NCBI GenBank assembly: GCA_027592325.1
Contig: JAQCKO010000001.1
Coordinates: 20,247-84,246 of the forward strand
Reading direction: 5' to 3'
Length of the DNA stretch: 64,000 nt
Source of the DNA: a bacterium
Lineage (GTDB): Bacteria; Patescibacteriota; Patescibacteriia; UBA9934
Positions within the stretch are counted from its first letter, which is position 1, and each line of letters starts with the position of its first letter. The notes under the pieces were generated by a model that saw nothing but the letters and a program-made list of their open reading frames with translations, was not told the origin of the DNA and did no database searches. A program made the translations under genes and the position numbers. Shown one piece after another: positions 55,208-64,000 of this stretch.

Positions 55208-57997
55208 CTAGGATTTTCCGTGGCAATGTTTGTACTTTTTAGGCGTTCCATCTGATTTTGTCGCTCCACATGGACAAGAGTCATTACGGCCGACTTTTTC
55301 GCTCTCGGTTGTATTTGCCGCTCCTTGTGCAATAGTCCTTTGAAGCGCGCGGCGGAAGGTTGTTCCCTTCCCTGCCTCTGACTTCTTTGCTCCCTGAAGA
55401 ACGACTTTTGATGTTTCGATGATACTCGGAGCGAGCTGTATGACTTCACGCGCGGCCATGACCTGGTCAAGAATTTTAAAACTATTGTAAACCACTTCAC
55501 GCGCGATGCTTTGCTGCAGGCCTTCATACAACTGAAAGGCTTCTTTTTTGTATTCAATAAGCGGGTCGCGCTGACCGTATCCACGCAGCCCAATTGATCG
55601 CCGCAAATAGCGCATCGAATCAAGATGCCGCACCCAAGTATTATCGATCGCACGCAAAATGAGCGTGCACATCATATTCTGCAGACGTTCATCATTGTTG
55701 AACGTCTCTTTGGCCGCTTCCGCACGCTTACGCGCTTCAGCCATGAAAGCCTCTATGACTTCGGTGCGCTGACGAGCTAGCTCTTCTTGATCCTTCGAAA
55801 ACTCACCAAGCGATGTACGAATCTTTGACTTCACCTCTTCTGGCAAGGTCATAATGGTCCCAAGTACCTCGAGGATTTCCTTTGGATCGTAATCCGGCGC
55901 ATCTCCGCCGCGGAAGACAGATGGGACATCAACTTGCTGACCGGTATGAAAGAGAACCACACGCTCAATTTCTTCTTCTGTCATGCGCAAAATCTCGCTC
56001 GTTGGATTGATGGTTCCTTCCAAAACACCATTTCGCTTTGTATAAATCCCCTCACGATGCTTATTCAGTACATCATCATATTCAAGCACATGCTTACGCG
56101 AATCAAAGTTCCGCCCCTCAACACGCATTTGCGCCTTTTCAAGCGAGTTTGTGATGATTTTACTCTCAATCGGGACGTCAGCCGGCATATTAAGTGCCGA
56201 AAGCATGCCCTTTGCGCGATCTGAACCGAAAATACGCATGAGCTTATCGTCCATGGAAACATAAAATTGCGTACTCCCCGGGTCTCCCTGACGACCAGAA
56301 CGTCCACGTAACTGATTATCTATCCGTCGCGATTCATGCCGCTCGGTTCCAATCACATGCAATCCACCAAGTGCCTTTACTTCTTCTTCACGCTCTTTTT
56401 CTTTCGGCTGACCACCAAGCACAATATCAACGCCACGACCGGCCATATTGGTCGCGACCGTCACCGCGGCTTTGCGTCCTGCTTGGGCAACAATTTCTGC
56501 CTCACGTTCGTGATTTTTTGCATTTAAGACTTCATGCTTCACTCCCGCCTTTTTAAGTGCGGCTGAAACAACATCATTATCTTCAATCGAAACCGTACCA
56601 ATTAGCACCGGCTGACCAAGCTCCTGCTTTTCTTTTACATCCTTAATGATAGCTGAAAGTTTCCCTTCCAAACTTTGATACATTTTATCTGACGCATCGA
56701 TGCGGGCAATTGGTTGATTCGTTGGGATCTCAACGACATCGAGCTCGTAAATCTTTGAAAATTCCTCCGCTTCCGTTGCCGCCGTACCTGTCATCCCAGA
56801 GAGTTTTTCATATATGCGGAAATAGTTCTGAAACGTGATCGTCGCAAGTGTTCGGCTTTCACGGCGAATTTCGACCCCCTCTTTTGCCTCAATTGCCTGG
56901 TGAAGTCCATCACCAAAACGACGTCCTTCCATAATACGACCCGTAAATTCATCAACGATTTTCACCTCACCGTCTTGCACTACATATTCACGATCCTTTT
57001 CATAAACGGCATGCGCCCGAAGTGCCTGCTCGGCATGATGCACATATTCAAGTCCCTTGTCGGTGTAGAGATTCTCCACACCAAGCCGCTTTTCAAGCAG
57101 GGCAATTCCAGCGTCCGTAAATGTTGCCGCGCGCATTTTTTCGTCAACATTATAATGTACTTCAAGCTTGAGATCGGTGATAAGACTAGCAAATCGGGTA
57201 TATAAATCTGCCGATTCCTCTGCTGGCGCTGAAATAATCAGCGGCGTTCGAGCTTCATCGATAAGAATTGAGTCGATTTCATCAATCAAGGCATAGTGCA
57301 GCTCACGTTGAACGCGGGCCTCAATACGTGTGGCCATATTGTCACGAAGGTAATCAAAGCCGAATTGATTATTCGTCCCATAGGTAATGTCTGCCGCATA
57401 GGCTTCTTTGCGTTCTGCTGGCCGCAAAAAATCCATTTGTATGCGAAACGAACCTATGTTGTCACGCGCTTGATCGTCTTCGCTATCCGCCTTAAAACTC
57501 TCATCATACAAATAGCCGCCTTCATGCTGAATCACCCCAAGAGTCAGCCCTAGAAAACCAAAAATCTGCCCCATCCAAACGGCATCACGCTTTGCAAGGT
57601 AGTCATTAACCGTTACCACATGCACGCCTTTCCCGGTAAGAGCATTCAAATAAATAGGGAGTGTTGAGGTAAGCGTTTTCCCTTCTCCCGTACGCATTTC
57701 CGCAATCCCAGCCTGGTGCAGGACGATTCCTCCCATGAGCTGTACATCATAATGACGCTGCGAAAGCGTACGCTTCGCCGCTTCACGCACAACAGCAAAG
57801 GCTTCTGACATCAAACTATCCGTCGTCTCACCTTTTTCAATGCGTGCTTTAAATTCATGAGTCTTTGCGCGTAAATCGCTATCGCTAAGCGTTTCGATTG
57901 TCCCTTCAAGCTTGCCAATCTCCTCTGCCTGCCCGCTCAAGCCATCAAGAATTTTCTTATTCTGGTCGCCAAAAATCGCCTTTAGAAGTCGGTTCAT
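55208..57997 (-). CDS. secA: Preprotein translocase ATPase SecA
   Basis: 929 aa. DEAD-like motor domains. C-terminal zinc-binding CPCGATKSDGTPKKYKHCHG. Confidence 0.95.
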   Translation of the reverse strand: MNRLLKAIFGDQNKKILDGLSGQAEEIGKLEGTIETLSDSDLRAKTHEFKARIEKGETTDSLMSEAFAVVREAAKRTLSQRHYDVQLMGGIVLHQAGIAEMRTGEGKTLTSTLPIYLNALTGKGVHVVTVNDYLAKRDAVWMGQIFGFLGLTLGVIQHEGGYLYDESFKADSEDDQARDNIGSFRIQMDFLRPAERKEAYAADITYGTNNQFGFDYLRDNMATRIEARVQRELHYALIDEIDSILIDEARTPLIISAPAEESADLYTRFASLITDLKLEVHYNVDEKMRAATFTDAGIALLEKRLGVENLYTDKGLEYVHHAEQALRAHAVYEKDREYVVQDGEVKIVDEFTGRIMEGRRFGDGLHQAIEAKEGVEIRRESRTLATITFQNYFRIYEKLSGMTGTAATEAEEFSKIYELDVVEIPTNQPIARIDASDKMYQSLEGKLSAIIKDVKEKQELGQPVLIGTVSIEDNDVVSAALKKAGVKHEVLNAKNHEREAEIVAQAGRKAAVTVATNMAGRGVDIVLGGQPKEKEREEEVKALGGLHVIGTERHESRRIDNQLRGRSGRQGDPGSTQFYVSMDDKLMRIFGSDRAKGMLSALNMPADVPIESKIITNSLEKAQMRVEGRNFDSRKHVLEYDDVLNKHREGIYTKRNGVLEGTINPTSEILRMTEEEIERVVLFHTGQQVDVPSVFRGGDAPDYDPKEILEVLGTIMTLPEEVKSKIRTSLGEFSKDQEELARQRTEVIEAFMAEARKRAEAAKETFNNDERLQNMMCTLILRAIDNTWVRHLDSMRYLRRSIGLRGYGQRDPLIEYKKEAFQLYEGLQQSIAREVVYNSFKILDQVMAAREVIQLAPSIIETSKVVLQGAKKSEAGKGTTFRRALQRTIAQGAANTTESEKVGRNDSCPCGATKSDGTPKKYKHCHGKS

Positions 57998-58168
57998 ATT
58001 GGGCCATGCTAGTTGATTTTCGCTTGAAAGTAAAGGAAGTGAATAGCGAGTAGAAAGTAGGAGTGGAAAGTAGGTTTGAGCGTATCTCGAGCCAACAGCT
58101 TACAGCTACGTTATAACTTGCATCCATCAAATTTTTGTGATACCTTATTCGTCACTGAAGGAGGAACC

Positions 58169-58342
58169 ATGCCCGAAGATCCGAAGATGATTGGCCAGCA
58201 ACCATCACCGCCACCAACAGAACCCCCCACACCGGTCCGCTCATCGAGTGGACTGGAGTTGAGAACGGTGATGGTTCCAATGCCCCAACGCCCCCCCATG
58301 CTCGCCCTAGCCGAAGACGTTGTCGGCTGGCAGCGCAAGTGA
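58169..58342 (+). CDS. Possible small Pro-rich ORF with a strong RBS (GGAGG), in a 60% GC intergenic block
   Basis: MPEDPKMIGQQPSPPPTEPPTPVRSSSGLELRTVMVPMPQRPPMLALAEDVVGWQRK (57 aa). Other frames of the same GC-rich block are also open and Pro-rich, so coding status is uncertain. Confidence 0.25.
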   Translation: MPEDPKMIGQQPSPPPTEPPTPVRSSSGLELRTVMVPMPQRPPMLALAEDVVGWQRK

Positions 58343-58512
58343 TCACCCAACCACCCGCGCCGGTCAGAAGCGTGGAGCCCCCGCAGGACGGACCGTATTC
58401 GCTCCACAATTGGTTCGCACTCTTCAAGCCAAAAAAGCCCAAAACCTACACTCCCCCTCACCCCGCCGGCGACAAGAAGCGCTAGCGGGGTTTCTCTTTC
58501 GGTCGAAAAAAT

Positions 58513-58560
58513 GGTAACTCGGTTACCGAAATTTCGGTAACCGAGTTACCATTTTTTTTG
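58513..58560. terminator. Perfect 20-bp palindromic bidirectional terminator (AATGGTAACTCGGTTACCGAAATTTCGGTAACCGAGTTACCATTTTTTTT)
   Basis: A-run before, T8 after. Lies between the GC-rich block and murC. Confidence 0.7.
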
Positions 58561-58581
58561 CGCACATGCTAATCTACACCC

Positions 58582-59856
58582 ATGTTCGAAGCGCAAAACG
58601 TACACATTATCGGTATTGGAGGGATTGGAACATCAGCTGTTGCCAGATGGTTTTTGGAGCAGAATAAAGCGGTTTCTGGGTCTGATGCGAAAGCGAGCGA
58701 CTTAACCCATGCGCTCTCCAAAGAAGGCGCTCAGGTAAAGCTTGGACACTTCGCCGACAATATTCCTTCTGTGTGTGACTTCATCGTTTACTCAAGTGCC
58801 GTTCCGAAGACAAACGTTGAACGCCAGGCGGCAGACGAACGTGGTATTCCCTCGCTTTCATACCCAGAATTTCTCGGACAGCTCGCCAAAACAAAACGCA
58901 CGATTGCTGTAAGTGGAACAAATGGAAAATCGACCACAACGGCAATGATTGCGAAGATTTTTCTTGATGCCGGGTTCGATCCTACCGTCATTATTGGAAC
59001 AAAATCTCCCGATCTCCCACACGAGAACCTGCGCATTGGAAAAAGCGATTGGTTCATTGTTGAAGCATGTGAGCATATGGCGCATATGCTCAATATTGCG
59101 CCCGAGATTGCCGTTGTCACGAATGTGGAAGAAGATCACCTCGATTTTTACCGCGACATTGACCATATACGCGATAGCTTTCAGGAATGGATTGACGGTG
59201 CGAAGTATATTGTGTTGAATGCGAAAGATACTGAATCGCAAAAATTGAAAACCACCGGTGCCTCTTACTTTGGTCTTGGTGCCGATATTCAACTATCCGT
59301 ACCTGGAGCATTCAATCAAGCAAACGCGGCAGCGGCGATTGAGGTCGCGAAACTTGCGGGGATTGATGAAGCAAACGCACGAGCAAGCCTGAAGGCCTTT
59401 CAAGGAACCTGGCGGCGTTTCGAGATGGTTGGCGCACGGAATGGAACCGACATCTACTCAGACTATGCCCATCATCCGACCGCGGTTCAGGGGGCGATTC
59501 AAGGCTTTAAAACGAGTTTCCCTGATCGTCGGCTGATCATCTGTTTCGAACCACATCAATTCTCTCGTACCGAAGAGCTATTCGATGAATTCGCCGCAAG
59601 TTTCGGCAACGCGGACGTTTTGATTCTCTCTGAAATTTATGAAGTGGAAGGCCGAAATGAATCACATGGCATTACATCAAAAGATTTAATCGAAGCGATC
59701 AAAAAACAAAGCCCAAATTTGGACACACATTATGCAGCAAATTTACATGAAGCAGAAACGCTTGTGCGGCGCATCATCGAAAACGGTGATATTTTCGTCG
59801 CGATGGGCGCAGGTGACATTGATCAAATTGCGCGGAATTTAGTTGATGGTAAATAG
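58582..59856 (+). CDS. murC: UDP-N-acetylmuramate--L-alanine ligase
   Basis: 424 aa. IIGIGGIGTSAVA ... GTNGKSTTT Mur ligase motifs. Confidence 0.9.
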   Translation: MFEAQNVHIIGIGGIGTSAVARWFLEQNKAVSGSDAKASDLTHALSKEGAQVKLGHFADNIPSVCDFIVYSSAVPKTNVERQAADERGIPSLSYPEFLGQLAKTKRTIAVSGTNGKSTTTAMIAKIFLDAGFDPTVIIGTKSPDLPHENLRIGKSDWFIVEACEHMAHMLNIAPEIAVVTNVEEDHLDFYRDIDHIRDSFQEWIDGAKYIVLNAKDTESQKLKTTGASYFGLGADIQLSVPGAFNQANAAAAIEVAKLAGIDEANARASLKAFQGTWRRFEMVGARNGTDIYSDYAHHPTAVQGAIQGFKTSFPDRRLIICFEPHQFSRTEELFDEFAASFGNADVLILSEIYEVEGRNESHGITSKDLIEAIKKQSPNLDTHYAANLHEAETLVRRIIENGDIFVAMGAGDIDQIARNLVDGK

Positions 59857-59952
59857 GCTCCGTCGTGTCTTGTGTCTCTCACCACCATCATTACAATCTG
59901 CAGGCAGCAATGCGAACAAACATGGTTCATGCTTCGTAAGAAAACGATTTGT

Positions 59953-60012
59953 GAATTCTCGAGCGTAGCGAGAGATCAACTCGCGTAGATCCCTCGCCTC
60001 ACGACGTTCGCT
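59953..60012. repeat. Inverted pair of R2-like repeat units (GAATTCTCGAGCGTAGCGAGAGATC ... GATCCCTCGCCTCACGACGTTCGCTC)
   Basis: Same architecture as 3675-3725, in the murC-murB spacer. Confidence 0.55.
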
Positions 60013-60047
60013 CCCGGCTGAGCCGAGCAGGCTGGAATTCACCATCC

Positions 60048-61055
60048 ATGACCTGTAAGCTGAAACGTTTCTCCTTACCTCTAACCACTACCATGACCTT
60101 CGAAGAACACCTTCAATCTATCTTCCCTGGCCGGCTGAAAACAAATGAGTTGCTTGGAAAACATTTAAATTTTCGCATTGGCGGTCCTGCCCGATTTTTT
60201 GCTGAGGTAAAAACCGTCGAAGAGCTTGTCCATGCTATTCAGCTCTGTAAAGAACATGAGGTCGAATTCTTCGTACTTGGCGGAGGGTCGAATACGCTTG
60301 CAAGCGATGAAGGATTTGATGGCGTCGTCCTTAAGCTTGCTATGCGTGACATTGTAATCAACGGAACACATCTTGTTGCTGATGCTGGAGCAATATCTGC
60401 ATCTGTTGCGCGCAAAACGGCCGATGCTGGGCTTGCCGGATTCACTTGGGCCATCTCGCTCCCAGGAACCATAGGCGGTGCGATTCGTGGAAATGCTGGC
60501 TGTTTTGGAGGCGAAATGAAAGATACCGTGACCAAGGTGGAAGTGTATCGTGTTGGTCAGATTGTGGAACTCACCAATCGCGATTTAAAATTTGGATACC
60601 GAGATTCGTGGGTTAAACACTCAGACGATATTGTTCTGCGGGTCTACATGGAGCTGCAGAAAAGCAATCGTGAAGAACTTCTTGCCGAACTGAAAGCCAT
60701 TGTTGAAAAACGCAAAGCATCACAGCCACTTTATGCAGGAAGCGCCGGATGCATTTTCAAAAACTATGAGATAGATTCCGTCGAGGAGCTGAAACGGTTG
60801 AAGGCCTATGATGTCTTCCCCGAAGCCATGCTAGAAGCGCGTCGTATTTCGGCTGGCTGGGTGATTGACCAGCTGGACCTCAAAGGAAAGCAAATTGGCG
60901 GCGCGAAAGTAAGCGACGAGCATGGGAATTTCGTCGTAAATTTAGGCGATGCAACAGCAGATGACATTGTGCAACTTGTTGCGCTCATCAAAACAAAAGC
61001 GCGCAACACCTTCGGTATTCAGCTGCACGAGGAAATTAAGTACTTAGGGTTTTAG
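60048..61055 (+). CDS. murB: UDP-N-acetylenolpyruvoylglucosamine reductase (FAD-binding); alternative start at 60096
   Basis: 335 aa. FRIGGPARFF ... FVLGGGSN FAD-binding PCMH motifs. Confidence 0.85.
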   Translation: MTCKLKRFSLPLTTTMTFEEHLQSIFPGRLKTNELLGKHLNFRIGGPARFFAEVKTVEELVHAIQLCKEHEVEFFVLGGGSNTLASDEGFDGVVLKLAMRDIVINGTHLVADAGAISASVARKTADAGLAGFTWAISLPGTIGGAIRGNAGCFGGEMKDTVTKVEVYRVGQIVELTNRDLKFGYRDSWVKHSDDIVLRVYMELQKSNREELLAELKAIVEKRKASQPLYAGSAGCIFKNYEIDSVEELKRLKAYDVFPEAMLEARRISAGWVIDQLDLKGKQIGGAKVSDEHGNFVVNLGDATADDIVQLVALIKTKARNTFGIQLHEEIKYLGF

Positions 61056-61081
61056 GTATGCAGCGCGATCCATGTCTTGCG

Positions 61082-61165
61082 TAGCTATTGGCGTAAGCTG
61101 TTAGTCCGGCAGCTTATCTACGATTAGTGCCGGATCCGGCTGAGTAAAACGACAGCCGGACTAGT
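61082..61165 (+). repeat. ~85-nt hairpin-forming intergenic element (IR-A); its first 33 nt are perfectly repeated in inverse orientation at 63767-63799
   Basis: TAGCTATTGGCGTAAGCTGTTAGTCCGGCAGCT... Internal AGTCCGGC...GCCGGATCCGGC...GCCGGACT stems. Confidence 0.65.
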
Positions 61166-61208
61166 AGCAAGTAGCCGAGCTTATCCTTCACTGCGTTCAG
61201 GAATGTAC

Positions 61209-61234
61209 AATTTCTCGAACGAATGTGAGAGATC
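61209..61234 (+). repeat. R2 repeat unit AATTTCTCGAACGAATGTGAGAGATC (preceded by a partial H1)
   Basis: Identical 26-mer at 63641-63666. Confidence 0.7.
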
Positions 61235-61382
61235 TCTTCGTCACACCTGCGAAGTTAAGGATCCAGCGAATCGAACACGAAAAACGAGAGATTGCCACTT
61301 TGTTCACTCCTCGAAGTACAAATTACCGAAGGTTCTTGACCACAACCCACCACCTACAACCTAATCTCTAACCTATTCCAGT

Positions 61383-62639
61383 ATGCACATCAAACAAATC
61401 GACCCCGACATCACCAAATATCTCGAGGCTGAGCTGAATCGTCAGCGAGAAGGGCTTGAAATGATTCCATCTGAAAACTTTACCTCACGCGCCGTGCTTG
61501 AAGCACTTGGATCCGTTGCAACGAATAAATACGCAGAGGGCTATCCGGGACGGAGATACTATGGAGGATGTGAATTTATTGACAAGATTGAACAGCTTGC
61601 AATTGACCGCGCCAAGGAGCTCTTTGACGCGGAGCATGTGAATGTTCAACCGCTTTCAGGAGCACCGGCAAATATCGCGGTCTACGAAGCCCTGCTTGAA
61701 CCAGGCGATACCGTGCTTGGGATGGATCTTTCGCATGGCGGCCATCTCACCCACGGACATCCGGTGACGCAATCGGCCCACATCTATAACTTTATCCGCT
61801 ACAAAACGAATACCGAGGGAGTCATCGATCTTGATAATCTGCGTAAGATGGCGCTTGAACATAAACCGAAAATGATCTTAGTCGGGTATTCTGCCTACTC
61901 ACGTGAGATTGATTTTGAAGCCGTGAAAGCCATTGCCAATGAAGTTGGCGCCCTCACCATGGCTGATATCGCTCATATTGCCGGACTTATTGCCGGTGGC
62001 GTGATGAAAAATCCTGTGCCTATTTTTGATGTTGTCACAACAACCACACATAAATCCCTTCGCGGGCCGCGTGGTGGAATGATTCTTTGTAAAAAGCAAT
62101 TCGCGAAGGCCGTGAATAAGGCTGTCTTTCCGGGATTGCAAGGAGGACCTCATGAAAATGTGATAGCAGCGAAGGCTATTGCATTCAAAGAAGCGCTTTC
62201 ACCAGAGTTCAAAGTATATGCTGCACAAATCAAAGCAAATGCAAAAGCGCTTGAAGTGGTATTTATAGAAAATGGCTACAACATCATGTTCGGAAAAACC
62301 GAGAATCATCTGTTACTTGTTGATGTTATGAGTTCAAAGAATGTGACCGGTCAACAGGCAGAAGAAGCGCTCGATAAGGCTGGGATCACTGTGAATAAAA
62401 ATATGATCCCCGACGATCCTCGCAGTCCATTCGATCCTTCAGGAATTCGATTCGGTACCCCTGCCCTTACAACCCGCGGGATGAGAGAAGAGGAAATGAA
62501 ACAAATTGCGGGGTGGATGCATGAAGCAATTATCAATCATGAGGATGATGCCAAGCTCGCAGCAATTCGCGAAGATGTGAAGCAACTCACCGCCCGCTTC
62601 CCGCTGTATGAGGGATTGAGTTACGAAAGGGGGGAATAA
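61383..62639 (+). CDS. glyA: Serine hydroxymethyltransferase
   Basis: 418 aa. PLP-binding TTTTHKSLRGPRGG. Confidence 0.95.
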   Translation: MHIKQIDPDITKYLEAELNRQREGLEMIPSENFTSRAVLEALGSVATNKYAEGYPGRRYYGGCEFIDKIEQLAIDRAKELFDAEHVNVQPLSGAPANIAVYEALLEPGDTVLGMDLSHGGHLTHGHPVTQSAHIYNFIRYKTNTEGVIDLDNLRKMALEHKPKMILVGYSAYSREIDFEAVKAIANEVGALTMADIAHIAGLIAGGVMKNPVPIFDVVTTTTHKSLRGPRGGMILCKKQFAKAVNKAVFPGLQGGPHENVIAAKAIAFKEALSPEFKVYAAQIKANAKALEVVFIENGYNIMFGKTENHLLLVDVMSSKNVTGQQAEEALDKAGITVNKNMIPDDPRSPFDPSGIRFGTPALTTRGMREEEMKQIAGWMHEAIINHEDDAKLAAIREDVKQLTARFPLYEGLSYERGE

Positions 62640-62710
62640 GCGAATATCACTTCCTACACTCCCATAATTCCTTTACTTTTCCCCTAATTTATCGTATTCT
62701 CGCCGCATCT

Positions 62711-63547
62711 ATGAGCGAGCTTTTACGAGGAACTCCGCTTGCAAAAGCGATCCGTCAAAAATTAAAAGAACGTATTTCAGGCCATGTGGAAACACCAGGA
62801 CTTGCAGCAATTTTGGTTGGCGACGATCCAGCTTCGCACCTCTACGTCAGCCTTAAAGAACGTGCAGCAAAGCAGGCGGGAATGTATTTTGAGCGCATTG
62901 AATTCCCTGCCGATATCACCCAAGGCAAGCTGATAAAAGCAGTGAAAAAGCTGAATGAACGTGATGATATTCACGGCATTTTAGTTCAGCTTCCCCTCCC
63001 CAATCAAAATGAAGACGCCGTGATTGCAGCCATTAATCCAAAGAAAGATGTTGATGGATTTCATAAAGAGAGCTTGAAGGCCCTCGAAAAAGGAGAACGG
63101 AGTTTAATTCCACCTGTCGCACTTGCGGTCATGCGTCTTGTACAAGCGAGCCAGCAACCGCTTCAGAATAAAACGGCCGTGGTGCTTTCGAATCATGAAA
63201 TTTTTGCGTCGCCGATTATCGAACTCATGAAAGAAGCAGGTGTGAGTGCGAGCTATTTGAACCCAAATAGCTCATCACTTGCCTCAAAAACACGTGCGGC
63301 AGATATTATCGTTATCGCCCTCGGTCGCGCAGGCTTCCTTACTCCGCACATGGTTGAACCAGGAGCAATCGTGATAGACGTTGGCACGAATGAAACGGAA
63401 GATGGCGTTGTTGGCGATATTGCGCCGGAGCTGATTGGCCATGCCGGTTTTGTAAGCCCCGTTCCCGGAGGCGTTGGTCCACTTACGGTCGCTTACCTTC
63501 TAAACAATGTCGTCCGAGCAATGTTGTTGCAGCGGGATAGTGATTAG
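62711..63547 (+). CDS. folD: Bifunctional methylenetetrahydrofolate dehydrogenase/cyclohydrolase
   Basis: 278 aa. GILVQLPLP ... PGGVGPLT. Confidence 0.9.
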   Translation: MSELLRGTPLAKAIRQKLKERISGHVETPGLAAILVGDDPASHLYVSLKERAAKQAGMYFERIEFPADITQGKLIKAVKKLNERDDIHGILVQLPLPNQNEDAVIAAINPKKDVDGFHKESLKALEKGERSLIPPVALAVMRLVQASQQPLQNKTAVVLSNHEIFASPIIELMKEAGVSASYLNPNSSSLASKTRAADIIVIALGRAGFLTPHMVEPGAIVIDVGTNETEDGVVGDIAPELIGHAGFVSPVPGGVGPLTVAYLLNNVVRAMLLQRDSD

Positions 63548-63601
63548 GGTTTCAGGGGCTACAGCTCTCGGGTTTCAGCTTACAGGTATGGTGTAGATCT
63601 C

Positions 63602-63666
63602 GTCATTCCTGTACCAGCCTGACGGCAAACAGGAAATCACAATTTCTCGAACGAATGTGAGAGATC
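63602..63666 (+). repeat. H1 variant (with an 18-nt insertion) fused to the R2 unit
   Basis: GTCATTCCTG-taccagcctgacggcaaa-CAGGAAATCAC + AATTTCTCGAACGAATGTGAGAGATC. Confidence 0.65.
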
Positions 63667-63714
63667 CATAATTACCGTCGCCCCATAAATCGAACCGAGT
63701 TCAGCGTTTATCAT

Positions 63715-63799
63715 CATCCTGTCCGGCTGTCGCATTGCTCGCCGGATCTGGTACTTCTCAAAGATGAGCTGCCGGACTAACAGCTTACGCCAATAGCTA
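63715..63799 (-). repeat. Inverted copy of the ~85-nt IR element (IR-B); the terminal 33 nt 63767-63799 are the exact reverse complement of 61082-61114
   Basis: AGCTGCCGGACTAACAGCTTACGCCAATAGCTA. Confidence 0.65.
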
Positions 63800-64000
63800 T
63801 CAAAGGAACGTCGACACAATTCCGAAGACCATAACGAGTGCTGCCAAAAACACCACCCACGTAGGAATCACCAAACAGCGCTTTGGGAGGCATACATGCC
63901 CCTTTGCCCGCTCGTATAAAAGAATGATTAATAGCCCTGTCGAGCTGACAAAAATCGATCCGGTAACGCCAATAACGCCAATAAAATCTCGCGCCCCAAG
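63800..64000 (-). CDS. C-terminal end of an unidentified membrane protein, 5'-truncated at the window edge
   Basis: Minus-strand frame reads ...GVIGVTGSIFVSSTGLLIILLYERAKGHVCLPKRCLVIPTWVVFLAALVMVFGIVSTFL*. It ends at 63800. Confidence 0.35.
   Translation of the reverse strand, partial: LGARDFIGVIGVTGSIFVSSTGLLIILLYERAKGHVCLPKRCLVIPTWVVFLAALVMVFGIVSTFL

Noticed and set aside
55192-55653. 153-aa ORF nested inside secA on the same strand in another frame
   Set aside because: Entirely contained within the strongly supported secA CDS. Typical shadow ORF.
58320-58517. 65-aa ORF in the GC-rich block before murC
   Set aside because: No RBS. It overlaps the other open frames of a GC-rich segment where long ORFs arise by chance. 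Only the GGAGG-led 58169 ORF was retained, at low confidence.
1-64000. CRISPR arrays, rRNA genes, IS elements/transposases, integrases, prophage genes
   Set aside because: No array of regularly spaced direct repeats, no rRNA-like conserved stretches, and no ORF with transposase/integrase/capsid/terminase signatures was seen. The repeats found are short dispersed palindromes, not CRISPR.

Overview
This 64 kb window is a contiguous stretch of a bacterial chromosome, with about 45-48% GC over most of its length and very tightly packed genes. Many genes overlap by 1-4 nt at start/stop junctions, and most lie on the minus strand in long operons. I found no rRNA, CRISPR array, transposase or integrase. 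From start to end the window contains: (i) a glycan-synthesis cluster (two GT2, one GT1/GT4, a Wzx-like flippase); (ii) the 3' part of the spc/alpha ribosomal operon (infA-rpmJ-rpsM-rpsK-rpsD-rpoA-rplQ) followed by rplM-rpsI; (iii) a GC-rich (~55-58%) islet of two hypothetical genes wedged between infA and a compact alaS; (iv) murJ, a TSP3/PKD surface protein, corA, a GT2, a SpoU methyltransferase, era, a thioredoxin, a beta-CASP MBL nuclease, a VKOR + thioredoxin-like pair, dus, a RimK-like ATP-grasp, riboflavin kinase and a HAD hydrolase; (v) a cell-wall/division segment (murF, ftsI) with small unknown partners, a DEDD exonuclease, a methyltransferase, DoxX, a GH5 hydrolase and LOG; (vi) a nine-gene type IV pilus operon: response regulator, pilB, pilC, three prepilin-like proteins including a 941-aa beta-propeller protein, a PilX-like protein, the major pilin and a PilM-like protein; (vii) DUF2207, mltG, PAP2, nth, gpmI, secDF (SecD carries a parvulin-like insert), trhO, an O-methyltransferase and DUF1653; (viii) two adjacent tRNA-like genes with abnormally short anticodon loops; (ix) secA, murC, murB, glyA, folD. 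The unexplained structure includes several families of short hairpin-forming intergenic repeats, among them a pair of perfect 33-bp inverted repeats flanking glyA-folD, and two or three candidate small-RNA loci bounded by consensus promoters and intrinsic terminators. Many genes appear to be transcribed as leaderless mRNAs from near-consensus TTGACA-17-TATAAT promoters. The rpoA has no alpha-CTD, and AlaRS lacks its C-Ala domain. Overall the gene content looks like a reduced-genome (Patescibacteria/CPR-like) bacterium; that is inference, not a database result.
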